DNA from: an uncultured Planctomycetia bacterium
GTDB lineage: Bacteria; Omnitrophota; Gorgyraeia; 1-14-0-20-64-10
DNA length: 29,189 bases
Direction: 5' to 3'
NCBI GenBank assembly: GCA_964553935.1
Contig: CAZKNC010000001.1
Location: 1 to 29,189, forward strand
Shown: one piece after another, positions 1 to 10,242 of the stretch
Layout: the number at the start of each line of letters is the position of its first letter
How positions within the stretch are numbered: position 1 is the stretch's first letter
Notes under the pieces: model-generated
Seen by the model: the letters and a program-made list of their open reading frames with translations, nothing else
Database searches by the model: none
What the model was told of the DNA's origin: nothing
Made by a program: the position numbers and the translations under genes

Positions 1-1869
<1,869 letters not shown>

Positions 1870-1932
1870 TAAAATAGAGTGAATGTAGTCAAAAGTCTGT
1901 GTTGCATATGATATACTTATGTTATGGATAGA

Positions 1933-1947
1933 AACATCACAGATGTT
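1933..1947. promoter_or_regulatory. Perfect inverted repeat AACATC-aca-GATGTT overlapping the Fic gene start; candidate autorepressor operator
   Basis: 6-bp palindromic arms at 1933-1938 and 1942-1947 in AT-rich DNA, overlapping ATG 1943 of an HTH-bearing gene. Confidence 0.4.
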
Positions 1948-2860
1948 ATATAGCCATTTCCCTCTATCTGACAAGGACAAGCTCAATGCTTTGATCCAGC
2001 AGGCGGGGCTTAAGCGGACCGAACTGGCCCGGCTGATTGAGGTTCCGTACCAGACGCTGTACCGCTGGTTGGAGCAGGGGGTCCGGCCCCACCCGTTTTC
2101 TTCGCGGCGGATCGATGAGTTGTTCAAACACCACATGGATTTAATGCCGGTCGTGGAGAAGGCGCAGAAAGACCTGGGCGACCCCATCCGGATCCTGAAA
2201 GAAGATCAGGCCGTGCGGGACCGGTTCTTCCTGGAGATGACCTACCACTCCAACGCCATTGAAGGCAGCCGCATGACGATGAAAGAAACCGAAAAAGCGA
2301 TGGCGGGGAAGTCGGTGCCCGGCAAAGAACCGTTCGAGGTGTTTGAAGCGGTGAATCACAAGAACGCTTTGTTAGAGGTCATGGAAAGGATCAAACCTGG
2401 CTTCCGAATCGATGAGGAGTACGTGTTCAAGCTCCACTCCATCGTGCTGTACAACTTCCACGACAAACTGCCGGGCAAGTACCGCACCGGCCACGTGAAC
2501 CTGACCAATACCGACAAAGCCCTGCCGTCGGCCCAGCAGGTCCCGCTCCGGATGGCGGAATTTTTCAAAGAGGTGAACCATTCCGGCGACAAGCCGGTGG
2601 TCAAAGTGGCCCGTGACCATTACGAATTCGAAGCGATCCACCCCTTCTTTGACGGCAACGGCCGGGTGGGGCGCCTGCTGATGCTGACCCAGCTTTTGAG
2701 CCGCGGCTACCCGCCGGCGCTCATTCGGCTGGATGATCGGTATGCCTACTATTTCGCGCTGGGCAAGGGGGATATGGGCGACTTCAAGAACCTGGTGCAG
2801 ATGGTCTGCGAGAGCGTTTTGCGCGGCTATCATCTCCTCAGACCGGAGAAATCGGCGTAG
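1943..2860 (+). CDS. XRE-type HTH fused to a Fic (AMPylase) domain
   Basis: N-terminal LNALIQQAGLKRTELARLIEVPYQTLYRWLEQG is Cro/XRE-like. Inhibitory motif SNAIEG at 2249-2266; canonical Fic loop HPFFDGNGRVGR from 2639. The start could also be 1919. Confidence 0.92.
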   Translation: MLYSHFPLSDKDKLNALIQQAGLKRTELARLIEVPYQTLYRWLEQGVRPHPFSSRRIDELFKHHMDLMPVVEKAQKDLGDPIRILKEDQAVRDRFFLEMTYHSNAIEGSRMTMKETEKAMAGKSVPGKEPFEVFEAVNHKNALLEVMERIKPGFRIDEEYVFKLHSIVLYNFHDKLPGKYRTGHVNLTNTDKALPSAQQVPLRMAEFFKEVNHSGDKPVVKVARDHYEFEAIHPFFDGNGRVGRLLMLTQLLSRGYPPALIRLDDRYAYYFALGKGDMGDFKNLVQMVCESVLRGYHLLRPEKSA

Positions 2861-2976
2861 CCGGGGTATCTATTTTCCGCGTGATGATGTATAGTTAGAG
2901 TGTAGGAGGGAGGGAAAGACGAGTTCCTCCTGCGAAGTGAGTGAAGGAGGCAACAAAGATGGTGTACGGCGCAGTT

Positions 2977-3017
2977 TGAACGGGCGGGTGTCGCGAGACG
3001 AATTCCCCGCCCGTTCA
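2977..3017. terminator. Strong GC hairpin in an intergenic region, possibly an intrinsic terminator
   Basis: TGAACGGGCGGG (2977-2988) pairs perfectly with CCCGCCCGTTCA (3006-3017). There is an inner GTC-GCGA-GAC stem-loop, and an A/T-rich tail TTATTT follows. Confidence 0.55.
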
Positions 3018-3210
3018 TTATTTATAGAATTCCTTCCGCAGCGCTTCACATTTACCGTTCCACCTAACCCAAGCTAACCGCTCTAGATCCCGCTTGATCT
3101 AAATAGTAGACAGATGTATCCTATCTCCAGCAGAAGGTTGCTTCATGCCGAGTCCCATAAGAGTAAGTATAATTATATGTATAAATAACCATATATAGGG
3201 TATACTTTTT

Positions 3211-3495
3211 ATGGATGAGAGCTGGGGAAGGTTTGTTTGGGATGTTGAAAAGGAACAAGAGAATCTCCGTAAGCATGGTGTTGATTTTCGAACAGCAGCT
3301 AAGGTTTTCAGTGATCCGGACAGAAGAATTTACTTGAATGTCCAACATAGCGCTGAAGAGGAGCGGTATTTTTGTCTTGGCAAGGTAGAAGGAAGGGTCT
3401 TAACGGTCCGATTCGTCTATCGAGCAGAAAAGATCCGGATCTTTGGGGCCGGCCATTGGAGGAAAGGGAGGGCGCTTTATGAAAAAGAAGATTGA
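3211..3495 (+). CDS. brnT: BrnT-family ribonuclease toxin
   Basis: F-x-WD..K...N..KHGVDF..A..VF.DP, HS..EERYFCLG and VLTVRFVYR..KIRIFGA match the BrnT pattern; 94 aa. Confidence 0.9.
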   Translation: MDESWGRFVWDVEKEQENLRKHGVDFRTAAKVFSDPDRRIYLNVQHSAEEERYFCLGKVEGRVLTVRFVYRAEKIRIFGAGHWRKGRALYEKED

Positions 3496-3718
3496 TTCGG
3501 ATATGCCGCATGGAGAAATGATCCGAATACGGGATTTTCTGCCTCCGCCCAGCGAGTTGGTGGTTGAGGAAGATACGGCCAAGGTGACCATCGCACTCAA
3601 GAAATCGAGCGTGGAGTTTTTTAAGCGCGCAGCCATCAAACACCATACGAAGTATCAGAAAATGATCCGCGAACTGTTGGATCAGTACGCCTCTCGCTAC
3701 CGCTCCAAGGTGGCATAA
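3479..3718 (+). CDS. brnA: BrnA/CopG-like (ribbon-helix-helix) antitoxin
   Basis: ATG 3479 overlaps the 3' end of brnT. DFLPPPSEL...KVTIALKKSSVEFFKRAA...KYQKMIRELLDQY is the BrnA-type RHH C-terminus. Confidence 0.85.
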   Translation: MKKKIDSDMPHGEMIRIRDFLPPPSELVVEEDTAKVTIALKKSSVEFFKRAAIKHHTKYQKMIRELLDQYASRYRSKVA

Positions 3719-3727
3719 CATCAAAGG

Positions 3728-3840
3728 ATGGTTATGAAACCAGTTCGAGCTAAGACGCATGAGGAGGTTTTAAAACCGCTCCTCAAGGATTCCAAGTTTC
3801 GAAAGGGTTACGAAGCGGATGCGCTTAAAAGAGCAGGCAA
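3728..3840 (+). pseudogene. Probable truncated N-terminal fragment of an HTH antitoxin/regulator
   Basis: MKPVRAKTHEEVLKPLLKDSKFRKGYEA resembles the helical N-terminus of HigA-like HTH proteins. After ~35 aa the frame runs through a REP-like hairpin and the csp promoter, and no HTH follows. Confidence 0.4.
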
Positions 3841-3907
3841 ACGAGATGGAGGTTCCTTATTAAGCCGACGAGTGTACGGCGGTTCCGCCCGGCTCGATGC
3901 GGCCGAA

Positions 3908-3937
3908 TTCGTCCTTCGACAAGCTCAGGACGAACGG
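3908..3937. repeat. REP-like palindromic element TTCGTCCTTCGACAAGCTCAGGACGAACGG
   Basis: Arms TTCGTCCT (3908-3915) and AGGACGAA (3927-3934). The core CTTCGACAAGCTCAG matches a widespread intergenic repeat type I recognise from many bacteria; only one copy in this window. Confidence 0.6.
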
Positions 3938-3961
3938 TTGGGAAGGAAGGCGAGAAACTCC

Positions 3962-3990
3962 TTGACAGGGGGCGGAGGAGAGGGTACTCT
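3962..3990 (+). promoter_or_regulatory. Sigma70-type promoter for the cold-shock gene
   Basis: TTGACA (3962-3967), 17-nt spacer, TACTCT (3985-3990). Implies a ~150-nt 5' UTR, as is typical for csp genes. Confidence 0.65.
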
Positions 3991-4051
3991 TACCTCTGTA
4001 GCACGAGTAAGTTTGAAACGTTGTAGGCAGGAAACGATAGGCAGGACCTAT

Positions 4052-4093
4052 ACGACTGCACGGCTCTTACTCAAGCGGCAGTCGTTTTTGTTT
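4052..4093 (+). terminator. Intrinsic terminator-like hairpin inside the predicted csp leader
   Basis: ACGACTGC (4052-4059) pairs with GCAGTCGT (4078-4085), followed by TTTTGTTT. Confidence 0.5.
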
Positions 4094-4146
4094 ATCCGCA
4101 CTCCTACATACGACACATAGAGGAAAGGAAGGTTAATCAATTCAGC

Positions 4147-4350
4147 ATGGCTAAAGGTACAGTGAAGTGGTTCAGCGACCAGAAGGGCTATGGGTTCGTC
4201 ACGCCGGAGAATGGCAAGGATGTTTTCGTCCATTTCTCCGCGATTCAGGGAGAAGGTTTCAAGACCCTGCGCGAGGGCGAAGCGGTGGAGTTTGACATCA
4301 CCACCGGCCCCAAGGGAGAGCAGGCTTCGAACGTGAGGCGGGTCTCCTAA
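4147..4350 (+). CDS. cspA: Cold-shock protein (CspA family)
   Basis: GTVKWF, RNP1 KGYGFV, RNP2 VFVHF and [10 protein letters not shown]; 67 aa. The exact paralog is not assignable. Confidence 0.97.
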   Translation: MAKGTVKWFSDQKGYGFVTPENGKDVFVHFSAIQGEGFKTLREGEAVEFDITTGPKGEQASNVRRVS

Positions 4351-4393
4351 GGTCGAAAACGCGTCAAGCGCGTTCTGACCACGGGTTTTCCAG

Positions 4394-4428
4394 CGGGCTC
4401 GGGAGTCATCCCGGGCCCGTTTTGCTTT
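4394..4428 (+). terminator. Rho-independent terminator after csp, facing the convergent DUF502 gene
   Basis: CGGGCTCGGGA-gtca-TCCCGGGCCCG stem followed by TTTTGCTTTT. Confidence 0.8.
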
Positions 4429-4438
4429 TGGAGGGGGC

Positions 4439-5074
4439 CTAGAGCGACTTGCTGCGGGAGAGAGCGGCCAGGGAAGGAGTGACCACCCCGCCGGAAACGA
4501 CCAGTTTCAGCGCTTGCTCGGTAGACATTTCCAACGGGATGACGTCGTTGGGTGGTGCGAAGATGATGGGACCGCTCCAGGGAGAGGGCGGGGTGGGGAT
4601 GAGGATGGTCAGCAGTCTTCCACCGATGGCGGGTACCTCCGATTCCCCTGTGACGAACCCGATCGAATACAGCCCCGGCCGCGGATAGACCACCAGCACC
4701 ACACGGCTGATTTTCGTCTGGGATTCGCCTTCTTTGGGGAAGAGGAACTGCGTGAGTTGTTTGATCGCGGGGTAAATTTTTCCAGCCACTGGAATCCGGG
4801 TCACCCACATGTCCACGGTCGGAAAAAAAAGCTTCCCGGCCAAATGGGTGGAGACGTAGCCGACCAGCACCAGGATGACCACCGTCAGGATCAATCCCAG
4901 CCCCGGGATCGTGAAGCCCAGATAGCGGCCCAGCGTTTTCCCCAGGATTCCATCGGAGAACTGAAAGAGTTTCATGACCAGATAAACGGTCACTGTGATG
5001 GGGAAAAGCGTCGCCAAACCCGCGACCAGATAACGGCGTAAGCTGTGCCGAAAACGAACGGAAAGGGAACTCAT
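4439..5074 (-). CDS. DUF502-family membrane protein
   Basis: Two N-terminal TM helices, RIPVAGKIYPAIKQL, VVLVVYPRPGLYSIGFVT and PTPPSPWSG (variant of PTTPNPTSG). Confidence 0.88.
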   Translation of the reverse strand: MSSLSVRFRHSLRRYLVAGLATLFPITVTVYLVMKLFQFSDGILGKTLGRYLGFTIPGLGLILTVVILVLVGYVSTHLAGKLFFPTVDMWVTRIPVAGKIYPAIKQLTQFLFPKEGESQTKISRVVLVVYPRPGLYSIGFVTGESEVPAIGGRLLTILIPTPPSPWSGPIIFAPPNDVIPLEMSTEQALKLVVSGGVVTPSLAALSRSKSL

Positions 5075-5141
5075 GCTACGCCCATGTTATCCGGACAGCC
5101 GGGGCGCGTCAACCGCCGGCTTTTGATAGGATAGTGGTGAA

Positions 5142-5753
5142 ATGGACGCCTTCCTGGAGCTGTTCTCAAAACTGCATGAGATCGACGCCCTTATTCGATG
5201 GGGCGGCTACACGCTGCTGTTCGCGATCGTTTTCGCCGAGACGGGCCTGCTCATCGGGTTTTTCCTGCCGGGGGATTCGCTTCTGCTGACGGCCGGCCTG
5301 CTGGCCTCGGTGGAAGGCAGTCCCTTGGCGATCGGGCCGCTGTTGGCGGTCTTGAGTGTTGCGGCGGTGCTGGGCGACAGCACCGGGTATGGGATCGGCG
5401 CTTACGTCGGACCCCGCATCTTCAATCGGGAGGAATCCCGATTTTTCCATCGCAAACATCTGTTTCGTGCCCAGCGTTTCTATGAAAAATACGGTGTTAA
5501 AACGATTGTGCTGGCCCGGTTCGCGCCGATCGTCCGGACGTTCGCGCCCACGCTGGCCGGAGTGGGGAAGATGCATTATCCAACGTTCCTCGCGTTCAAT
5601 CTGGTCGGCGGCGTGGCCTGGGTCTGTTCGATGACGCTGGCCGGCTATGCGCTGGGGACGATCATTCCCGACGGCCGCCGTTATTTCCCCTGGATCGTCG
5701 GGGCGGTGATCCTGCTGTCTTTGCTGGCGCTTAAGGCCTGGAAAGACGAATGA
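5142..5753 (+). CDS. dedA: DedA/VTT-domain membrane protein
   Basis: FAETGLLIGFFLPGDSLL, GDSTGYGIG and ARFAPIVRTFAP motifs. Confidence 0.93.
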   Translation: MDAFLELFSKLHEIDALIRWGGYTLLFAIVFAETGLLIGFFLPGDSLLLTAGLLASVEGSPLAIGPLLAVLSVAAVLGDSTGYGIGAYVGPRIFNREESRFFHRKHLFRAQRFYEKYGVKTIVLARFAPIVRTFAPTLAGVGKMHYPTFLAFNLVGGVAWVCSMTLAGYALGTIIPDGRRYFPWIVGAVILLSLLALKAWKDE

Positions 5754-7093
5754 GCGGGATTAAAAGAAGCCTCTCGATCTCCTGGAAAGAAGGGATCCCC
5801 GCTTCGGCCATGCTGGGCATTCTGGATTATTACTTGGTTCCTTATGGGCTGTTCCTGGGGGCCAGCACGCGGGGAATCGGGTTTTTGGTGGCGCTGCCGC
5901 AGCTGCTGGCTTCCGCGGCTCAATTAGCGGCGGTCGAGCTGGTGCGGCGGGTGGGGAGCCGGCTCCGGTTTGTTGTTCAAATGGCCTCGGTTCAGGCGGC
6001 TCTGCTGATCCCGATGGCGGCCCTGGCGCTGGTGACCGGGCCGAACCGAGTCGCCGCGCTGGTGGCGCTGGCGATCCTGTTCCGCGTGGTGAACAACCTG
6101 ATCGGCACGGCCTGGGGAAGTCTGACCAGCGAGTACCTGCCGGCTGAAAAGCGGGGATCTTATTTCGGATGGCGGTCACAGGTGGTGGGGATCGCCTCAC
6201 TCATCGGGGTGGGGGTGGGCGGCGTGCTGCTGGCCCGGATGGAAACCGTCTCTCCGGCGCTGGGTTTTTTCCTGCTTTTTTTACTGGCCGCGTTGCTGCG
6301 GTTTGTTTCTGCCGGTTTTCTGGCGATGATGACCGACCTGCCGATGTCCAGGCCGCCGGGATCGGATTTCACGTTCGTCATGTTCCTGCGCCGGTTCCGG
6401 AAGAGCAATTTCGTGAAATTCGTCCTGTACGTTTCGGCGATCATCTTTTCCACGCATCTGGCGGCTCCCTATTTCAACGTCTACATGCTTCGGGATCTCG
6501 GCTGGAACTACTTCACGTACATGGTCGTGCATCTGGCGGCGGTTTTTGCGGGGTTGGTCGCCATCCCGATCTGGGGCCGGCACGCCGATGTGGTGGGAAA
6601 CGTCCGGATCCTCAAAACGGTCGGCTGGCTGGTTCCTTTGATCCCGTTTCTGTGGCTGGTCTCCAGCAGCGTGGCCTACATTTTCGCGGTGGAACTGTTC
6701 GCCGGGTTCTGCTGGGCCGGCTTCACGCTCTGCTCCACGAATTTCATTTACGACGCTGTCGCGCCGGAAAAACGGGTGCGCTGTCTGGGCTATTTCAACC
6801 TGTTCCAGGGGCTGGCGATCTTTCTGGGCGCTTTGCTGGGCGGTTTTATCGCCGATCGCCTGCCGCCGCTCAAGGGGTATCCCATCCTGACGCTGTTCGT
6901 GATTTCCGGCCTGCTTCGGCTCGCGTCGCATCTGGCGCTGGCGGGACAGTTCCGTGAGGTCCGGGTGGAAGCGCGGCCAGTGTCCAGCGTACGGCTCTTC
7001 TTCAGCGTGGTGGGGATCCGGCCGGTGGTCGGGCAGGACACCGAATGGGGAGTATTCCCGTTGACGAGAAAACTGCGGCGGCGGGCCTGGTGA
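5750..7093 (+). CDS. Major facilitator superfamily transporter, substrate unknown
   Basis: About 12 hydrophobic segments in two halves, WGSLTSEYLPAEKRGSYFGWR and WGRHADVVG loop motifs; ATGA overlap with dedA. Confidence 0.88.
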   Translation: MSGIKRSLSISWKEGIPASAMLGILDYYLVPYGLFLGASTRGIGFLVALPQLLASAAQLAAVELVRRVGSRLRFVVQMASVQAALLIPMAALALVTGPNRVAALVALAILFRVVNNLIGTAWGSLTSEYLPAEKRGSYFGWRSQVVGIASLIGVGVGGVLLARMETVSPALGFFLLFLLAALLRFVSAGFLAMMTDLPMSRPPGSDFTFVMFLRRFRKSNFVKFVLYVSAIIFSTHLAAPYFNVYMLRDLGWNYFTYMVVHLAAVFAGLVAIPIWGRHADVVGNVRILKTVGWLVPLIPFLWLVSSSVAYIFAVELFAGFCWAGFTLCSTNFIYDAVAPEKRVRCLGYFNLFQGLAIFLGALLGGFIADRLPPLKGYPILTLFVISGLLRLASHLALAGQFREVRVEARPVSSVRLFFSVVGIRPVVGQDTEWGVFPLTRKLRRRAW

Positions 7094-7821
7094 AAAAATA
7101 CAAGTGGTTCTGGGCCGCTCTGCTGGCCGCGGCCGCGCTGTTTCTCGCGCGCGGCTGGATCGTCCGGTCAACTCTGGCCGCCGGCGTTCGCGCGGTAACC
7201 GGGCTGGGCCTGCAGATCCGGCGGCTGGACATCTCTTTGCTGAAGGGGCGGGTCTCCGCGCGGGAAGTCCAGCTGCTGAATCCCAGGGGATTCGACGAGC
7301 CGGTGATGGCCGATCTGCCGGAGCTGACGGTGGAAGCGGACCTGCCGGCCTTCTTGCGCGGGAAAACGCACCTGCAGCAGCTGACGGTGGACCTGCGCCG
7401 GTTCAACGTGGTGAAAGACGCCGACGGCCGCCTCAACCTGGACGCGTTGGCCTCCGTCCAGAAAGCCAAAGAAAAGAAACCGGCTCCGAAACCGAAGCGG
7501 GAGTTCCGAATCGACCGTCTGCATTTGAAGGTCGGGACCGTGACCTACCGGGACGATTCAGGGGGCAAACCAGGTCCAGTGCGGGAATTCCCGGTGAATT
7601 TGGATGAGCGGCATGAAAACATCACCGATCCGGCCGCGCTGGGCGCTCTGATCGTGTCTCGCGCGCTGTTGAAGACGACGGTGGCTCGATTGGCGCAGTT
7701 TGATCTTGCCGTGCTTCAGGACTATGCGGGGACGCTTCAGCAGGCGGGGGAGAAGGCGCTGGAAACGGTCGGCGGCGCGGTGGAGGGGGCCTTGGACAGG
7801 TTCCGGAAGGTGATAGAATAA
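7090..7821 (+). CDS. Short AsmA-like protein with an N-terminal membrane anchor
   Basis: GTG 7090 overlaps the MFS stop (GTGA). One TM helix is followed by beta-rich segments (LQIRRLDISLLKGRVS, LNPRGF, LNLDAL) typical of AsmA N-terminal domains. Confidence 0.7.
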   Translation: MKKYKWFWAALLAAAALFLARGWIVRSTLAAGVRAVTGLGLQIRRLDISLLKGRVSAREVQLLNPRGFDEPVMADLPELTVEADLPAFLRGKTHLQQLTVDLRRFNVVKDADGRLNLDALASVQKAKEKKPAPKPKREFRIDRLHLKVGTVTYRDDSGGKPGPVREFPVNLDERHENITDPAALGALIVSRALLKTTVARLAQFDLAVLQDYAGTLQQAGEKALETVGGAVEGALDRFRKVIE

Positions 7822-7827
7822 ACGCCT

Positions 7828-9222
7828 ATGGCGAAACGATCGAAACCCACCCGTATTGAAAAAGACAGCATGGGATTGGTCCACGTTCCGGCGGACGCCC
7901 TGTACGGCGCTCAGACCCAGCGGGCCGTCGAGAATTTCCCGGTCAGCGGGCTGACCTTTCCGCGTTCGTTCATTCGCGGATTGGGGCTGGTGAAAGGATC
8001 GGCCGCTGCCGTCAACCGGAAGCTGAAACTGATGCCGGCTTCCGCGGCCTCGGCGATTGAGGCGGCCGCCCGCGAGGTCGCCGAAGGCCGGCATGACCGG
8101 CATTTCCCGCTCGACGTTTTCCAGACCGGCTCGGGCACCAGCACCAACATGAACGCCAACGAGGTGATCGCCCGGCTGGCCGCCCGGCGGCTGGGACGGA
8201 AAGTCCACCCCAACGACGACGTCAACCGCAGTCAATCCAGCAACGACGTGATTCCGACGGTGATCCATGTTGCCGCCGTGCTGGAGGCGACCGAACGGCT
8301 TTTGCCCGCGCTCGAGCATCTGAGGCGGACGATCGACCGGAAGGCGGCTAAACTCGACCGGATCGTGAAAACCGGTCGGACGCACTTGATGGATGCCATG
8401 CCGGTGCGGATGAGCCAGGAGATGAGCGGCTGGAGCGCTCAGATCGGCCATGGAGCCGACCGGGTCCAGTCGGCTCTGCCTCGGTTGTTCGAGCTGGCGA
8501 TCGGCGGTACCGCGGTGGGGACCGGAGTCAACGCGCATCCGAAATTCGGCGCTGGCGTGGCGGCGGAGCTCAAGCGCCGCACCGGCCTGCCGTTTGTCCG
8601 CAGTCGGAACACTTTCGAAAGTTTGAGCTCGCAGGACGCCGCGGTGGAATTGAGCGGCCAGCTGAAGGTCGTGGCCGTCAGTCTGATGAAGATCGCCAAC
8701 GATCTGCGCTGGATGAACAGCGGGCCGCACGCCGGCATCGCCGAGATTCACCTGCCGGATCTTCAGCCGGGCAGCAGCATCATGCCGGGCAAGGTGAATC
8801 CGGTCATCCCGGAATCGACGGCCATGGTCTGCGCCCAGGTGATGGGCAACGACGTGACGATCGCCGTGGCCGGGGCTTCCGGCAACTTCCAGCTCAATGT
8901 GATGCTGCCGGTCGTTGCTTACAACCTGCTGCAGAGCATCGAACTGCTGGCCAACGCCAGCCGTTTACTGGCGGACAAGGCGATTGCCGGCTTCGGCGTC
9001 CATGAAGCCCGGATTGCCGCCGTCCTCGAGAAGAACCCGATCCTGGTCACGGCGTTAAATCCCTTGACCGGCTACGAACTCGGTGCCAAAATCGCCAAGA
9101 AGGCCACACAGGAAGGCCGGCGGCTTCTGGATGTGGCCGCCGAAATGACCTCACTCCCGCGCGAGAAGCTCCGACAGGCACTTGACCCACGCCGGCTGAC
9201 CGACGGCGGAATCCAAAAGTAG
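7828..9222 (+). CDS. fumC: Class II fumarate hydratase
   Basis: Signature GSSIMPGKVNP, plus FQTGSGTSTNMNANEV, HPNDDVNRSQSSND and GRTHLMDA. Confidence 0.95.
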   Translation: MAKRSKPTRIEKDSMGLVHVPADALYGAQTQRAVENFPVSGLTFPRSFIRGLGLVKGSAAAVNRKLKLMPASAASAIEAAAREVAEGRHDRHFPLDVFQTGSGTSTNMNANEVIARLAARRLGRKVHPNDDVNRSQSSNDVIPTVIHVAAVLEATERLLPALEHLRRTIDRKAAKLDRIVKTGRTHLMDAMPVRMSQEMSGWSAQIGHGADRVQSALPRLFELAIGGTAVGTGVNAHPKFGAGVAAELKRRTGLPFVRSRNTFESLSSQDAAVELSGQLKVVAVSLMKIANDLRWMNSGPHAGIAEIHLPDLQPGSSIMPGKVNPVIPESTAMVCAQVMGNDVTIAVAGASGNFQLNVMLPVVAYNLLQSIELLANASRLLADKAIAGFGVHEARIAAVLEKNPILVTALNPLTGYELGAKIAKKATQEGRRLLDVAAEMTSLPREKLRQALDPRRLTDGGIQK

Positions 9223-9255
9223 TCTTTAAACGAAACGACAAGGAGTTCAATCGAA

Positions 9256-10242
9256 ATGTCCATTCGAACGACCGTTATCGGCAGTTATCCTAAAGTCACG
9301 GAAACCGGTTCCGACAACCTCCCCGGCACCATCGACAAATGGCAGCGCCAGCTGGTCAACGACCAGGGGTTGGAGCAGGAGCTCCAGAAGGTGATCCGGC
9401 GGGTGATCCGGGAGCAGGAAGAGGCCGGCGTCGACGTGATTTCCGACGGGCAAATCCGCTGGGAAGATCTCAATCACGCGATCGTTCGCGGCGCCGAAGG
9501 GCTGGGCCGGGGTACCCTGCGCCGGTTCTTCGACAACAACGTTTACTACCGGCGCCTGGAATGGAAAAACGGCGTCTCCTGGAAGAAAAGCGCGGCGGCA
9601 GAGGAGTTCAAATTCGCTTCCGGCGCGGCAGCTAAGCCGGTGAAGGTGGCTCTGCCCGGTCCGCTGACGATGGTGGTTTCCACCGAGCCCAAGCCCGGGC
9701 AGACTCGCGAGCAGCTTTTCACCGCGTACGAAGGCCTGCTCCGCAAAGAGATGCAGGAGCTGGAGAAGGCCGGCGTCAAGGAAATCCAGATCGACGAGCC
9801 GTCGCTTTCCGCGGGGGAACCGCTGTTGGAGCAGACGATCGCGGCAATCAACCGGATCTTCGACGGGGTGAAAGCCCGCCGGTGGGTGGCGGTCTATTTT
9901 CAGGACGTTTCAACGATTCTGCCGGCATTGGCCAAGCTTAAAGCGGAGGTGCTGGCACTCGATCTGGTTTCCGCGCAGGAGAAGAACCCGAGTCTGCATT
10001 CCCGCGTCGCCGAATGGCTGAAGTCCGGTGCCTGGAAGGGGGAAGTGGCGCTCGGTTTGGTGGACGCGCGCAACACCAAGCTCGAGGATCCCGCGGATCT
10101 CAAAAAGAAAATCCAGTTCTTCGCGCAAGCCGTTCCGGTTCAGCGGCTGTGGCTGTCTCCCAACTGCGGACTGGAGTTCCTTCCGCATGAGAGCGCCGTC
10201 CGGAAGCTGAAAGTTTTGCGGGAGACCGCTCAAACTGCTTAA
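9256..10242 (+). CDS. Cobalamin-independent methionine synthase-like barrel without Zn ligands (MetE N-terminal-half-like)
   Basis: TTVIGSYPK, QEEAGVDVISDGQIRW, RFFDNNVYYR, LPGPLT and IQIDEP are present. The H-x-C position reads YFQD, and the end reads PNCGLEFLP. Confidence 0.75.
   Translation: MSIRTTVIGSYPKVTETGSDNLPGTIDKWQRQLVNDQGLEQELQKVIRRVIREQEEAGVDVISDGQIRWEDLNHAIVRGAEGLGRGTLRRFFDNNVYYRRLEWKNGVSWKKSAAAEEFKFASGAAAKPVKVALPGPLTMVVSTEPKPGQTREQLFTAYEGLLRKEMQELEKAGVKEIQIDEPSLSAGEPLLEQTIAAINRIFDGVKARRWVAVYFQDVSTILPALAKLKAEVLALDLVSAQEKNPSLHSRVAEWLKSGAWKGEVALGLVDARNTKLEDPADLKKKIQFFAQAVPVQRLWLSPNCGLEFLPHESAVRKLKVLRETAQTA

Noticed and set aside
3728-4120. 130-aa ORF as a full gene
   Set aside because: Only the first ~35 aa look protein-like; the rest crosses a REP-like hairpin, the csp promoter and a terminator-like hairpin.
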